From the NCBI GenBank assembly GCA_963666115.2, contig CAXXET010000003.1, positions 32,497-96,496 on the forward strand: 64,000 nt of DNA, in the 5' to 3' direction. This document shows positions 48,801 to 57,295 of the stretch, piece after piece. The position numbers and the translations under genes are program-made. Numbering within the stretch: the first letter of the stretch is position 1; each line of letters starts with the position of its first letter. This DNA comes from Dehalococcoidia bacterium. Lineage in GTDB: Bacteria; Chloroflexota; Dehalococcoidia; UBA6926. Below the pieces are notes generated by a model, which ran no database searches, had not been told where the DNA came from, and was given only the letters and a program-made list of their open reading frames with translations.

Positions 48801-50920
48801 GACTTGAATGACAGGACGCCCGACGTGCTAATCGAGAACCGCGCCGCGTCCGTTCCAGCCACGCTCCACGTCACCTCGTCACCGTCCGGGTCAGTGGCCG
48901 TATACGTGGCGACGCCGCCCGTGCCGTTCTCCGCGTAGGAGACAGACGCGGAGCCGGTGACCGTAGGAGATTCATTCACATCCGTAACGGTGACCTCCAC
49001 ATCCAGCGTGGACGTTAGGCTGCCATCCGAGGCGCGGACAGTCACCTCATACACGTTGTCATCGTTGCCGTCGTTCGGCGATTCATAGTCCGGCGATGAC
49101 TTGAATGACAGGACGCCCGACGTGCTAATCGAGAACCGCGCCGCGTCCGTTCCCGCGAGACTCCACGTCACGTCGTCACCATCAGGGTCTGTGACGGTAT
49201 ACGCCGCTACCACGCTTGTGCCGTTCTCCGCATAGCTCACCGACGCGGAGCCGGTGATTGAACCGGATTCATTCACGTCCGTGACTGTAACCTCTACGTC
49301 CAACGTAGACGTAAGACTGCCATCCGAGGCACGGACGGTCGCCTCATACACGTTGTCCGAATCACCGTCGTTCGGTGATTCATAGTCCGGCGATGACTTG
49401 AATGACAGGACGCCCGACGTGCTAATCGAGAACCGCGCCGCGTCCGTCCCCGCCACGCTCCACGTCACGTCATCCCCATCCGGGTCTGAGGCAGCATACG
49501 TCGCAACAGCGCTCGTGCCGTTCTCCGTGTAGGAGACAGACGCAGAGCCGGTTATGGCAGGCGGCCTGTTCGGAGTCGTTGCCGTAATCGTCACTGTTAT
49601 CGTGTCTGTTGCGCCTGGCTCATCCGTCGCGGTCACGGTGACGCTGTAACTGCTCTTCGTCACGGCATCCGGCAGGTTGTCCACCCCAACCGTTATCTGC
49701 CCCGTTGCGGCGCCAATCGCGAAGTATTGCGCGTCGTTGCCGGACAGCGTGTAGGTCAAATCGTCGCCGTCCTCGTCCGTGGCGGTGAGCGGCTGGCCGA
49801 TGTTTGTTCCGCGCGCTGCTCCACCTGAGGCCGTGCGCGACGCGGTTTCGGCGCCGAAGTCCGGTGGCGCGTTGGCGGCTACCGCCGAACTGATCGCTGA
49901 AGCGGAGGTCGATGCCTCGAAGCTGTCCTCGTAGGTCACTGTCGCTCGCAGCACGTAACCCTGATCGTCCGCCGTCGGCATGTACGTGGATTTCGTCGCG
50001 TTGTCTATCCGGTCGAACTCGTCGTCGGCATTCTGCGCCCGGTGCCATCTCCAGCGAATCCGTCCAGTCACACCGTCGTCGTCGTGAACGGCAACTGTGA
50101 AGGCCGTTCCAACGTACGGGCTTGCAGGCGAGAACGTCACGACGCCGGGATCGTCCGCGTCGGTGAGCGTTATCGTGACCGGCAGGGAGTCGCTGAGACC
50201 TCCCGCATCGGTCACGGTTGCGGTGATGCTCAAGCTTGGGGCATCCTCGTAGTCCAGATCGGCGCCTGCCCGGACGCGGATTTGGCCGCTCGTGTCGATG
50301 CTGAACGAATCCGCCGACTGGCCTGTTGCTGAGAACGTCCACGTATCACCATCATCGGGGTCCGTCACGCTCAGCGCGCCACCGACGCGCTTGTTTGCGG
50401 CCGCGTTCTCCGTGACCGACAATGCCGCCGCGTCCAGCTCAAACGAGGGCGCCTCATTGACGTCCGTGACCGTGACGGTGATCTCAACGAAGTCATAGTC
50501 TGAGCCTGCGGCGGCTGAAACCTCCACTTCATAGGTGTTGTCCTTATTGCCGTCGTTCGGCTTCTCATAGTCCCTGGCGGACTTGAACCGCAGTGCGCCG
50601 GCGGCATTGATCGCAAATCGCCTGGCGTCGGCGCCCTCAACGTCCCACGAAACCGCTGTGCCCGGCGCGCCGCCCGATACTGCGTACGTGGCGATAACAT
50701 CGGCGCTGTTTTCGGGATGATCATTCGCCGTGGGGCCAACGATGGCGAAATCGCCCTGCACTGTCGGCGCGGCAGAAGAGGGTTGCGGGGTCAGTATCGC
50801 TGAGGCAAGCGCGGCGGCGAAACAAGCGGCTGCGCCGTAGGCAGCCGAACGCAATAGCAATCGTGCAACAGCGCCGAGCCGTAATCTCACCCGCGACTTC
50901 CCAGTCCGCCACACCGGCAT
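42887..50920 (-). CDS. Giant cadherin-repeat surface protein (about 2680 aa)
   Basis: Signal peptide ending SSA, many ENxxxxxxxxxxxDPDG/DYE/DVNE cadherin motifs, C-terminal TM helix; start uncertain. Confidence 0.9.
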   Translation of the reverse strand: MPVWRTGKSRVRLRLGAVARLLLRSAAYGAAACFAAALASAILTPQPSSAAPTVQGDFAIVGPTANDHPENSADVIATYAVSGGAPGTAVSWDVEGADARRFAINAAGALRFKSARDYEKPNDGNKDNTYEVEVSAAAGSDYDFVEITVTVTDVNEAPSFELDAAALSVTENAAANKRVGGALSVTDPDDGDTWTFSATGQSADSFSIDTSGQIRVRAGADLDYEDAPSLSITATVTDAGGLSDSLPVTITLTDADDPGVVTFSPASPYVGTAFTVAVHDDDGVTGRIRWRWHRAQNADDEFDRIDNATKSTYMPTADDQGYVLRATVTYEDSFEASTSASAISSAVAANAPPDFGAETASRTASGGAARGTNIGQPLTATDEDGDDLTYTLSGNDAQYFAIGAATGQITVGVDNLPDAVTKSSYSVTVTATDEPGATDTITVTITATTPNRPPAITGSASVSYTENGTSAVATYAASDPDGDDVTWSVAGTDAARFSISTSGVLSFKSSPDYESPNDGDSDNVYEATVRASDGSLTSTLDVEVTVTDVNESGSITGSASVSYAENGTSVVAAYTVTDPDGDDVTWSLAGTDAARFSISTSGVLSFKSSPDYESPNDGNDDNVYEVTVRASDGSLTSTLDVEVTVTDVNESPTVTGSASVSYAENGTGGVATYTATDPDGDEVTWSVAGTDAARFSISTSGVLSFKSSPDYESPNDGNDDNVYEVTVRASDGSLTSTLDVEVTVTDVNESPTVTGSASVSYGENGTSAVATYAATDPEGDDVTWSVAGRDAARFSISTSGVLSFKSSPDYESPSDSDSDNVYEVTAHASDGSLTSTLDVEVTVTDVNESGSITGSVSVSYAENGTGTVGTYKATDPDGDDVTWSLTGTDAARFSISTAGVLSFKSSPDYESPNDGNDDNVYEVTVRASDGSLTSTLDVEITVTDVNESGSITGSASVSYAENGTGGVATYTATDPDGDEVTWSVAGTDTARFSISTTGVLSFKSSPDYESPNDGDDDNVYELTIRASDGSLTSALDVEVTVTDINESGSITGSASVSYAENGTSVVAAYTVTDPDGDDVTWSLAGTDAVRFSISASGQLSFKSSPDYESPNDGDSDNVYEVTVRASDGSLTSTLDVDITVTDVNESVVITGSASVSYAENGTSVVAAYTVTDPDGDDVTWSLAGTDAARFSISASGQLSFKSSPDYESPNDGDSDNVYEVTVRASDGSLTSTLDVEVTVTDVNESGAIAGPATVNYVENGTGVVATYTVTDPDGDDVTWSVVGTDAARFSISTAGAVSFKSSPDYESPNDGDDDNVYELTVRASDGSLTSTLDVEITVTNVNESGSITGSASVSYAENGTSIVATYTASDPDGDEVTWSVAGTDAARFSISTTGAVSFKSSPDYESPNDGNDDNVYEVTLRASDGSLTSRLDVDITVTDLNESGSITGPASVNYAENGTGAVATYTATDPDGDDVTWSIAGTDAARFSISTTGVLSFKSSPDYESPNDGDSDNVYEVTVRASDGSLTSKLDVEITVTDVNESSSITGSASVSYAENGTGAVATYTATDPEGDGVTWSVGGTDAARFSISTAGSLSFKSSPDYESPNDANSDNVYEVTARASDGSLTSTLDVEVTVTDVNESDAITGSASVSYAENGTGAVGTYTATDPEGDAVTWSMAGTDAARFSISTTGGLSFKSSPDYESPDDGDSDNVYEVTVRASDGSLTSTLDVEITVTDVNESSVITGSASVSYAENGTGAVATYTVTDPEGDDVTWSVGGTDAARFSISTAGVLSFKSSPNYESPNDANSDNVYEVTIRASDGSLASKLDVEITVTDINESSTITGSASVSYAENSTDTVGTYTATDPDGDDVTWSVMGMDTAWFAISITGALSFKSSPDHESPNDGDSDNVYEVTIHASDGNLTSTLDVEVTVTDVNESGAITGPASMSYAENGTGTVATYSATDPDGDDVTWSVEGTDAARFSISAAGQLSFKSSPDYESPNDGNDDNVYEVTVRASDGSLASTLDVEITVTDVNESPIVTGPASVSFAENGGDSVATYSAVDPEGDDVTWSIAGTDAARFAIDDDGVLTFVETPNFEQPLDEDGDNTYEVEIAAGQEQGNTGVDVTVTITDANDAPRFAVPTFAVQIPENSCPGAHTIYRGIGGGERERTDEDGDPLTYALSGPDAAVFVIHPPTGYVTLGPGTLLDFEAGRKPFTLRVSVSDGRDDHGNAESEFTPDDYLDLTVTVGNVDEPPGFAEAEPIVNACGSPVVHRASQLRRTVTAGAPGGSPVGDGLSATDPEGETVHFRIVSQSDAGAFAIDSTSGQIMVAPGFSPRDARRVYTVRVAVTDGELESHIEVRIAVATAPQPAPEPDDSGESSAANVESVSDVVVSTSGQGVESSEYSSPLGGGAENSDSPPKTLERPLVNLRQVEPEFVPVPRAVQTSLFRSSEVQDQTDRARLTAPAGTLAVPFQVRLTRDDAECVRLHETAHLLECVCIAVEFFDVAGEPLALESLNRPAALEVVLETHGSVTMMMRRGDGQEWGHAHAIVSEPAKGSPTLIARIKSPGQYLALVTESTTDSGIEGEDAGRSGPLDFVKVAAAQGMQRTIKESAVKRAIPFHYDSAAAYPQSESAPNVSGDSKAWHAARLLIALLLDVTVTLFAGFLLYRITFGQR
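44520..49570 (-). repeat. Intragenic tandem array of about 17 cadherin units, 297-nt (99-aa) period
   Basis: Identical motif at 48661 and 48958; 16 near-identical units plus 1 divergent. Confidence 0.92.
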
Positions 50921-51170
50921 GGCGCCCAAGCCACGCCGCTCTCCGCCCCCGCGTGCAGTTGCGCAGGGCGGACGCTAGGAAAGTGGTGTCCATCACGATC
51001 ACACCGCAACAACTACATCATATGTATCATATTTGGGCGATAATAGTCTACATATGGGCGCGACTCACTTCAGCGGCGGATGAGCGCATGAACACCGTCC
51101 CCTGCGTTCTCATAATGTGGCGAGTGGGCTACAATGAGGCTAGAGGCAATCGTGAGAGTTGGGGGGAGAC

Positions 51171-51824
51171 ATGCCGCTGCGCTTCGCTGAGGAAATCATC
51201 CTGCTCCTTTTGAACGACGATGACGGACGCTTTGCCCGCGTCCCTAGCTGGTCCATGGACTACGCGCTGGCCGGGGCGGTTCTCATGGATCTGGCGCTCG
51301 AGAACCGCATCGACACCGACCTGGAAAAGTTGGTTCTCGTGGACTCCACCCCGCTCAGCGACTCTCTGCTGGACCCAACGCTGGCGGACATAGCTGCGGG
51401 TGAAGAGCGGAACGCGCGCTATTGGGTGGAGCACACGGCCAACCGCGCCGCTGAAATCCGCGAGGAGGCGTTGAACCGGCTGGTGGAGGAGGGAATCCTC
51501 CAGCGCAAGGACGACCGTTTTCTCTGGGTGTTCCAGTCGCGCCGCTATCCGATGGTTGACGGCAAGGAAGAGCGCGAAGTGCGCCTGCGGCTGATGGGCG
51601 TTCTTTTTAGCGATGAAATCCCTGACCCGCGCGATATTGTGCTGCTGAGCCTGACCGACGCGTGCGGCATCCTGCGCAGCATGTTGTCACGCCGCGAGCT
51701 CAACAGCGCTGCCGAGCGCATCGAACAGGTGCGGAAGCTGGACCTGGTCGGCCAGGCGACTACCCAGGCAATCATGGACATCGAGCAGTTCGTCGCAACA
51801 TCCGTGCAGAGGCACATCTACTAG
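51171..51824 (+). CDS. GPP34/GOLPH3 family protein
   Basis: AEEIILLLLNDDDG, ALAGAVLMDLALENRI, RLVEEGIL, RRYP. Confidence 0.82.
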   Translation: MPLRFAEEIILLLLNDDDGRFARVPSWSMDYALAGAVLMDLALENRIDTDLEKLVLVDSTPLSDSLLDPTLADIAAGEERNARYWVEHTANRAAEIREEALNRLVEEGILQRKDDRFLWVFQSRRYPMVDGKEEREVRLRLMGVLFSDEIPDPRDIVLLSLTDACGILRSMLSRRELNSAAERIEQVRKLDLVGQATTQAIMDIEQFVATSVQRHIY

Positions 51825-52663
51825 GATTCGGCAGCAGCCCCGTTCCTGAACGTCGAGAGTCCCGCAGCAGGGCCAATCAGGCTCAACGCGAGCGCGCCGG
51901 TGTGCGGGTCATGGTAGATCACTGATTCAACGCCGTACGCGCGCCTGACGTTCTCAGCAGTCAGAACGTCTTGCGGCGTCCCCTCCGCTATCACCCTGCC
52001 CTCGCTGAGCAAGACCAGAAAATCACAATGGCGCGCCGCCATGTTGAGGTCATGCACGGCGGCGATGGCCGTCGCGCCATTCGCTGCCCATTCCCGAATG
52101 AGACCAAGCACACGCAGTTGGTGGAGAATATCCAGGTTGGAAGTCGGCTCGTCGAGCAAGAGGACGCGCGGTTGCTGCGCGAGAGCCCGTGCGATGAACA
52201 CCCGCTGACGTTCGCCTCCGGACAGCGTTTCAAGCGTGCGGTCCGCGAACTGTTCCGTATCCGTCAGCCGCATGGCCTGTCGCGCGATATTCTCGTCTGA
52301 CGCGCCTTCAATCTGAAATCGCCCCATATGCGGGTATCTGCCCATGAGCACAAGCTCAAGGCACGTGAAGCCGTGCGCCATGGGCGCAATCTGCGGCACG
52401 AGGGCGATGGAACGGGCCTTTTCGTGGGCGGGCATCTCCTCGAACCTGCGCCCCCCAAGGTGACGTTCTCCATCCGACGGCTCAATGACCCCGGCAAGCG
52501 CGCGCAAGAGCGTTGATTTGCCCGCGCCGTTCGGGCCAATCACCCCCACCAGCTCACCCTGCCCTGCGCGGAGGCTGACTCCATCCAGCAATCTCTTGCT
52601 CTGGATCGAATACGTCAGGCCCTCCGCCGAGAGCGCGGCTGCACGCGCCGCCGTGGTCATCAT
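51821..52663 (-). CDS. Cobalamin/iron-chelate ABC ATPase (BtuD-like)
   Basis: GPNGAGKST, MGRYPH, LSGGERQR, LDEPTSNLD, HDLN. Confidence 0.88.
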   Translation of the reverse strand: MMTTAARAAALSAEGLTYSIQSKRLLDGVSLRAGQGELVGVIGPNGAGKSTLLRALAGVIEPSDGERHLGGRRFEEMPAHEKARSIALVPQIAPMAHGFTCLELVLMGRYPHMGRFQIEGASDENIARQAMRLTDTEQFADRTLETLSGGERQRVFIARALAQQPRVLLLDEPTSNLDILHQLRVLGLIREWAANGATAIAAVHDLNMAARHCDFLVLLSEGRVIAEGTPQDVLTAENVRRAYGVESVIYHDPHTGALALSLIGPAAGLSTFRNGAAAES

Positions 52664-52670
52664 CTCATCC

Positions 52671-53846
52671 TCATCCCACGATGCTGAAAGTCTCCGCAGG
52701 CGGCTCGGGGAAATCATCCGGCCACAGGAGCCGCGCGAGGTCCTCAGCCCCCCTGATATTCCAGTACGACAATGTCGTGAAGTGCTTGCTTTCGACCACG
52801 TGAACGCGGTCATTGAGAATCGCCGGAATCTCCTGCAGCGCCTCCTCGGACATCAGCCGATCCCTGAAATCCTCCGCCCCAAACGCAACGGGCTGGGGGA
52901 TGATGATGATGTCCGGATTCATGGCAATGACGCCCTCCAGGCTGGTGGTCGCGTTGGATTCGACACCGGCTTCGGCGGCGGCATTGATCCCGCCCGCCGC
53001 CTCGATGACAGAGCCTTCCGTAGAGCCTCCACCGGCCACCCAGAGATTGTCCGAATAGCTGGTCAGCGCAAGGACGCGCGGGCGTTCCTCCTTCTCGCTC
53101 GTGACGTCAACCAGCGCCTCGTGCCGGTCGCGCACCTCTGCGGCAAACTCCAACGCGCGCGCCTCCTCGCCCAGGATGTAGCCGATCAACAGGATATTGT
53201 CGATGCGCGCCTCGGCGTCATGGTCAAGCTCGGTCTGAATCGTCGGTATGCCGACACGGGTAAGCGCCTCGACCAGGTCACCCGTGAAGTGCGGGCTGGT
53301 CACGACAACGTCCGGGTTCTGGGCGATGATCGTTTCCGGGTCGCGTGTGATCTCCGGTTTGTCCTGCACGTGCGCGGCAACGTTGGAATAGGTGTCTATC
53401 TTCGTTGCGCCGCCCACGGCCACAAGCCGTTCGCTCGGCGCCAGGGCAAGCACGACCTCATCGTGCCCGAGCGAGGCCGTGATGACGCGCTGCGGCTTGG
53501 CGGGAATCTCAACGACGCCGTTCATCCCCTCCACTTCGCGCGGCCAGCCGAGGTTTGTCGGGTCGACGATGCCTGTCACGCCGTAGAGCTGTCCCAGGAA
53601 CGGCGGCGGGGTTGGCGCCGGGGTTGGCGTGGGCGCAGGCGTTGCGGTGGGCTCGGGCGGGGCGAGCGTTGGCTCCGGCACAGCAGTCGGCGCCATGACC
53701 TCAACGGACGGCACGGGAGTGGGCGGGTCGCCCGGCTCCCCTGCCGGGGCTGTCGAGTCGCACGCCAACACGAAAGCCGCCAGTATGGCAAGCAAACCAG
53801 GAATGATAAATCTGGCCGGGATTCCCTTCACCGTTTCACCTCTCAT
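52671..53846 (-). CDS. Cobalamin ABC substrate-binding lipoprotein (BtuF-like)
   Basis: Lipobox VLAC, Pro/Thr linker, PAKPQRVIT, NPDVV, AGGINAA; downstream of a B12 riboswitch. Confidence 0.82.
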   Translation of the reverse strand: MRGETVKGIPARFIIPGLLAILAAFVLACDSTAPAGEPGDPPTPVPSVEVMAPTAVPEPTLAPPEPTATPAPTPTPAPTPPPFLGQLYGVTGIVDPTNLGWPREVEGMNGVVEIPAKPQRVITASLGHDEVVLALAPSERLVAVGGATKIDTYSNVAAHVQDKPEITRDPETIIAQNPDVVVTSPHFTGDLVEALTRVGIPTIQTELDHDAEARIDNILLIGYILGEEARALEFAAEVRDRHEALVDVTSEKEERPRVLALTSYSDNLWVAGGGSTEGSVIEAAGGINAAAEAGVESNATTSLEGVIAMNPDIIIIPQPVAFGAEDFRDRLMSEEALQEIPAILNDRVHVVESKHFTTLSYWNIRGAEDLARLLWPDDFPEPPAETFSIVG

Positions 53847-53882
53847 CTTTCCTCACACCTTCCGTCCTGTTCGATTTCTCCA

Positions 53883-54986
53883 TTAGAGCGCGTAACCCCG
53901 CCCCCTGTTCTGAATGAGCAGCAGAATGAAGAACGGCGCGCCGACGAACGCCGTCAGGATTCCAACGCGCAGTTCAGCCGGCTGGATCACCGTCCGCGCC
54001 ACCGTGTCGGCAAGAATCACAAACACCGCTCCGCCCAGCGCGCTCATGGGAATGAGCACGCGGTTGTCCGGCCCCAGCAAGAGCCTGAGCACATGCGGTG
54101 TCACGAGGCCAACGAACGCGATGGTCCCACTAACGGCAACGGCCACGCCTGTTACCATCGCGCCGACTGCCAGGAGCAGCAGCCGCACCGGCACGACGTT
54201 CACGCCGAGCGAGCGGGCCTCGTCGTCGCCAAGCATGAGCAGGTTCAGGTCCCGGGCCATCACCATGGCAATGGCAATTCCCGCGAGAATCGGCGGCAGT
54301 GACATCAACACGTGTTCCCATGCGCGGGAATCAAGGCTGCCCGCCAGCCAAAAGAGAATCTCCCGCAGCGCGCCGTTGTCTGGCACAAGGATGATGATCG
54401 CGGACACGATCGCGCCAAGGAACGCGTTGACGGCGATGCCGGCCAGCAGCAGCGTGGCCATGGAGAAATGCCCGCTCATCGTGGAGATGCCGTAGACGAC
54501 GAGCGTGGCAAGCATCGCCCCGCCGAACGCGGCGAGAGGCAGCGCCATGAAGAAGAGGCCGGCCGCGCCTGTCGCAATGGCAATGACCGCCCCAAGCGCG
54601 CCGCCTGCGGACACGCCGATGATCCCCGGATCGGCCAGCGGGTTGCGGAACAGCCCCTGCATCGTTGCGCCCGCCACGCCGAGGCCCATCCCGACCGTTG
54701 CGGCGACGACGATGCGCGGCAGGCGAATCTGCTGAATCACCAGTTCATGGGTGCGGGAAACGTTGCCGACATCGATGCCGAAGAACCCGATGAGCGCCGA
54801 CGCGACACTCCTGCTTGGGATGCTGACGGGGCCGACACTCAGGGCAACCAGGACAACCAGGAGTATGGCCAGCGCAAGGACGGACGCGCCGAGCGCAAGG
54901 CGCGTGCTGACGCCCGACCTGCGGTATGCGCCCCACGCCGGAATCCCGGCAACTCGCAACAAAACAACCCTCCGGCTGCTCCGCAA
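53883..54986 (-). CDS. FecCD/BtuC family ABC permease
   Basis: IRLPR, QGLFRNPLADPGIIGVSAG, LGDDEARSLG, FVGLVTPH, GAPFF; start uncertain. Confidence 0.9.
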   Translation of the reverse strand: MRSSRRVVLLRVAGIPAWGAYRRSGVSTRLALGASVLALAILLVVLVALSVGPVSIPSRSVASALIGFFGIDVGNVSRTHELVIQQIRLPRIVVAATVGMGLGVAGATMQGLFRNPLADPGIIGVSAGGALGAVIAIATGAAGLFFMALPLAAFGGAMLATLVVYGISTMSGHFSMATLLLAGIAVNAFLGAIVSAIIILVPDNGALREILFWLAGSLDSRAWEHVLMSLPPILAGIAIAMVMARDLNLLMLGDDEARSLGVNVVPVRLLLLAVGAMVTGVAVAVSGTIAFVGLVTPHVLRLLLGPDNRVLIPMSALGGAVFVILADTVARTVIQPAELRVGILTAFVGAPFFILLLIQNRGRGYAL

Positions 54987-55073
54987 GAGGGTCGATGCTC
55001 GCGCTGTCTGGGCTTGGCTGCCCGGGCACGGCTGAGGGACCCTCTCGATAGCGGAGAGAGTTCACCTTCCGTC

Positions 55074-55235
55074 CAGGCAGGTCTCCTGGCTCGCGGGTAT
55101 CGATTCTTCGCCGGGCCCTTCCCATCGCATCCGCGACAGTGGGCAACTCGGCCGTCAAACCCCGCTTACAGTGGCGCTACCGCGGCGGATTCTCACCGCC
55201 TTCCCTATTCTCCCGGGGCGGGCACCTGAACGGGC
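55074..55235 (-). promoter_or_regulatory. Cobalamin riboswitch
   Basis: Minus strand AGGTG...AGGGAA..GGTG.GAATCC..GCGCCACTGT...CCACTG..GGGAAG...AGCCAGGAGACCTGCC (B12 box), upstream of the importer. Confidence 0.92.
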
Positions 55236-55299
55236 AGTGTCTATCTGCTCTTCGGACGCAAGCCTATCCCACTGCCTCTCAGGGTGTCAATCTGCCGAC

Positions 55300-55689
55300 T
55301 TATCCCGTCGCGCCGCCCATCACGGCTGCGGCGAAGACTGCCTGTGACTCCTCGGACAGACACCCGGTGACCGGGGACGTGGCGGCGGCCTCAGGCGTGA
55401 GCATATCGGGGGTGAAGGGCGTTTGCAGCAGGACGTTGTAGAAGTCCTCGCCAAGGGCGGTCCGAATGCACTCGACTTCTTCCGGAGGAAGCAGGGGCAT
55501 GATGTCCGCGCCAAGCGGGGCCTGCGTCATGGGCTCAGGTGTTGGTTCGGGGGTTGGCGTTGCGGTTGGAGTTGGGGTGGGCAACGGTGTTGGCGTGGGC
55601 GTCGGTTCCGCCTGACATGCGCTCAAAACAGATACGAATATCACGGAAATCACGGCCAGAATCGCCATGCGAACCAGGAGATTGTTCAC
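55300..55689 (-). CDS. Small lipoprotein with PT-rich linker
   Basis: Lipobox LSAC, PTPTP repeats, two Cys in the C-terminal domain. Confidence 0.7.
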   Translation of the reverse strand: MNNLLVRMAILAVISVIFVSVLSACQAEPTPTPTPLPTPTPTATPTPEPTPEPMTQAPLGADIMPLLPPEEVECIRTALGEDFYNVLLQTPFTPDMLTPEAAATSPVTGCLSEESQAVFAAAVMGGATG

Positions 55690-55848
55690 GTTCCCTACCC
55701 CCTTGACGATGATCTTCGTGCATATTGTGCATCCGGTCGTTCAAAACGCGCAACTTGCGCCATGCTGCACAGAAAACAGGTTCGGGGGGGCGGGTGAGCC
55801 CCCCCCCTCTCCTGCAGCGTACTTTTTTCACAATGTAGAGGCAAAAAG

Positions 55849-57072
55849 TCACGAATTAGACGAAAAACGCGCCGCTTCTTCGCTTCCGCCGGTCGCATCG
55901 CCCTCGCTGTAGGAATGAGCGCCCGCGCCCGCCAGCGCCCCGCCCTGCACGATGAGGTATTCCTCGCGGATGGGCTTGCCCTCGAACCAGCACTCCAGGA
56001 TCTCGCGCACGCCGGCGGCGTACCGCGCCTGCGCGGACAGCGACGTGCCGGACGTGTGGGGCGTCAGGGCGTGGTTGGGCATCGTGCGCCATGGGTGGTC
56101 GTTGGGCGCGGGCTGCGGGAACCACACGTCGCCCGCGTAGCCCGCCAACTGCCCGCTCTCCAGCGCGCGGACGACGGCATCACGGTCGCAGATCTTGCCG
56201 CGCGCCGTGTTGACGAGGTAGGAGCCGCGGCGCATCTTGCCGATCAGCTCATCGTTGAACATGTGCTCCGTCTCCGGGTGGAGGGGGCAATGGATGCTGA
56301 CGACGTCGCACGCCGCCACCAGCGATTCCGGCGTCTCATGGAACGTGACGCCAAGCTCCTGCTCGACCTCCGGCGGGAGGCGGTGGCGATCCGTGTAGTG
56401 GAGGTTCACGTCGAACGGCTTCATGCGCTTGAGGACGGCAAGGCCGATGCGGCCCGCCGCGACGACGCCCACGTCCATGCCCTCGATGTCATAGGAGCGC
56501 GAAACGGCGTCCGCGATGTTCCAGCCGCCGCGCACAACCCAGCCGTACTGCGGGAGGTAGTCACGCACCAACGCGAGCATCTGCATGACAGCGTGCTCGG
56601 CGACGCTGATGCTGTTGCACCACGTGACCTCCGCGACGGTCATGTTGCTGTTGATGGCCGACTGCAAATCGACGTGGTCGGAGCCAATGCCCGCCGTGAT
56701 GGCCAGCTTGAGATTGGGCGACCTGGCAATCCTCTCCGCCGTCAGGTACGCGGGCCAGAACGGCTGGGAGATGACGATGTCCGCGTCCACGATCTCACGG
56801 TCGAAATCAGAGTCCGCGCTGTCCTTGTCGGAGGTCACGACAAATTGATGGCCCTGCGACGTGACGTAGTTCTCCAAGCCCAGGCCGCCGGACACGGAGC
56901 CCAGCAGGTGGCCGGGGTTGAAGTCGATGGCCGCCGGGGACGGCATGGACTGGCCGTCCGGGTATTGGCTGAGGGTGGGGATGCTGTCCCGCGCATAGTT
57001 GGGCGGGAAGCCCTGCACCGGATCGTCATACAGGACACAGACTACCTTCTGTGCGGCGCCGCTCGTCATCAT
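55849..57072 (-). CDS. fdh: NAD-dependent formate dehydrogenase
   Basis: CVLYDDP, ISQPFWPAY, AGIGSDHVDL, AAGRIG, GDVWFPQP, TPHTSG, SAQARYAAG. Confidence 0.96.
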   Translation of the reverse strand: MMTSGAAQKVVCVLYDDPVQGFPPNYARDSIPTLSQYPDGQSMPSPAAIDFNPGHLLGSVSGGLGLENYVTSQGHQFVVTSDKDSADSDFDREIVDADIVISQPFWPAYLTAERIARSPNLKLAITAGIGSDHVDLQSAINSNMTVAEVTWCNSISVAEHAVMQMLALVRDYLPQYGWVVRGGWNIADAVSRSYDIEGMDVGVVAAGRIGLAVLKRMKPFDVNLHYTDRHRLPPEVEQELGVTFHETPESLVAACDVVSIHCPLHPETEHMFNDELIGKMRRGSYLVNTARGKICDRDAVVRALESGQLAGYAGDVWFPQPAPNDHPWRTMPNHALTPHTSGTSLSAQARYAAGVREILECWFEGKPIREEYLIVQGGALAGAGAHSYSEGDATGGSEEAARFSSNS

Positions 57073-57197
57073 TCACCTCCCCGGCCCCCGCCGGAACTTT
57101 TTGTCGTTCACATTCAGCATTGCCCGCAAATGCGCGCGCTTACGCTGTCCGCGTTCGTACTGTACCGCTAGTGGTGGACGGCTAGCAATCAACGGCA

Positions 57198-57234
57198 CCC
57201 CCCTCACCCTAACCCTCTCCCTGAGGGAGAGGGA
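57198..57234. repeat. CCCTCACCCTAACCCTCTCCC..GGGAGAGGG palindromic repeat
   Basis: Hairpin CCCTCTCCC-TGA-GGGAGAGGG. Confidence 0.6.
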
Positions 57235-57247
57235 ACTCTAGTTGCGG

Positions 57248-57274
57248 GGCGTTGACCTAATGGGGCGGCGCGGG
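57248..57274 (+). repeat. Truncated duplicate of the SRP RNA promoter (-35 and spacer, no -10)
   Basis: 25/27 identical to 62996-63022. Confidence 0.78.
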
Positions 57275-57295
57275 TGGGAGTAGGGTGATTTGGCT

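Noticed and set aside
44520-49570. Diversity-generating retroelement template/variable repeats
   Set aside because: Differences are not adenine-specific, there is no reverse transcriptase, and these are ordinary coding tandem repeats
55849-57072. Selenoprotein formate dehydrogenase linked to selB
   Set aside because: It is the metal-independent NAD-dependent type with no in-frame TGA; I found no tRNA-Sec or Sec ORF in the window
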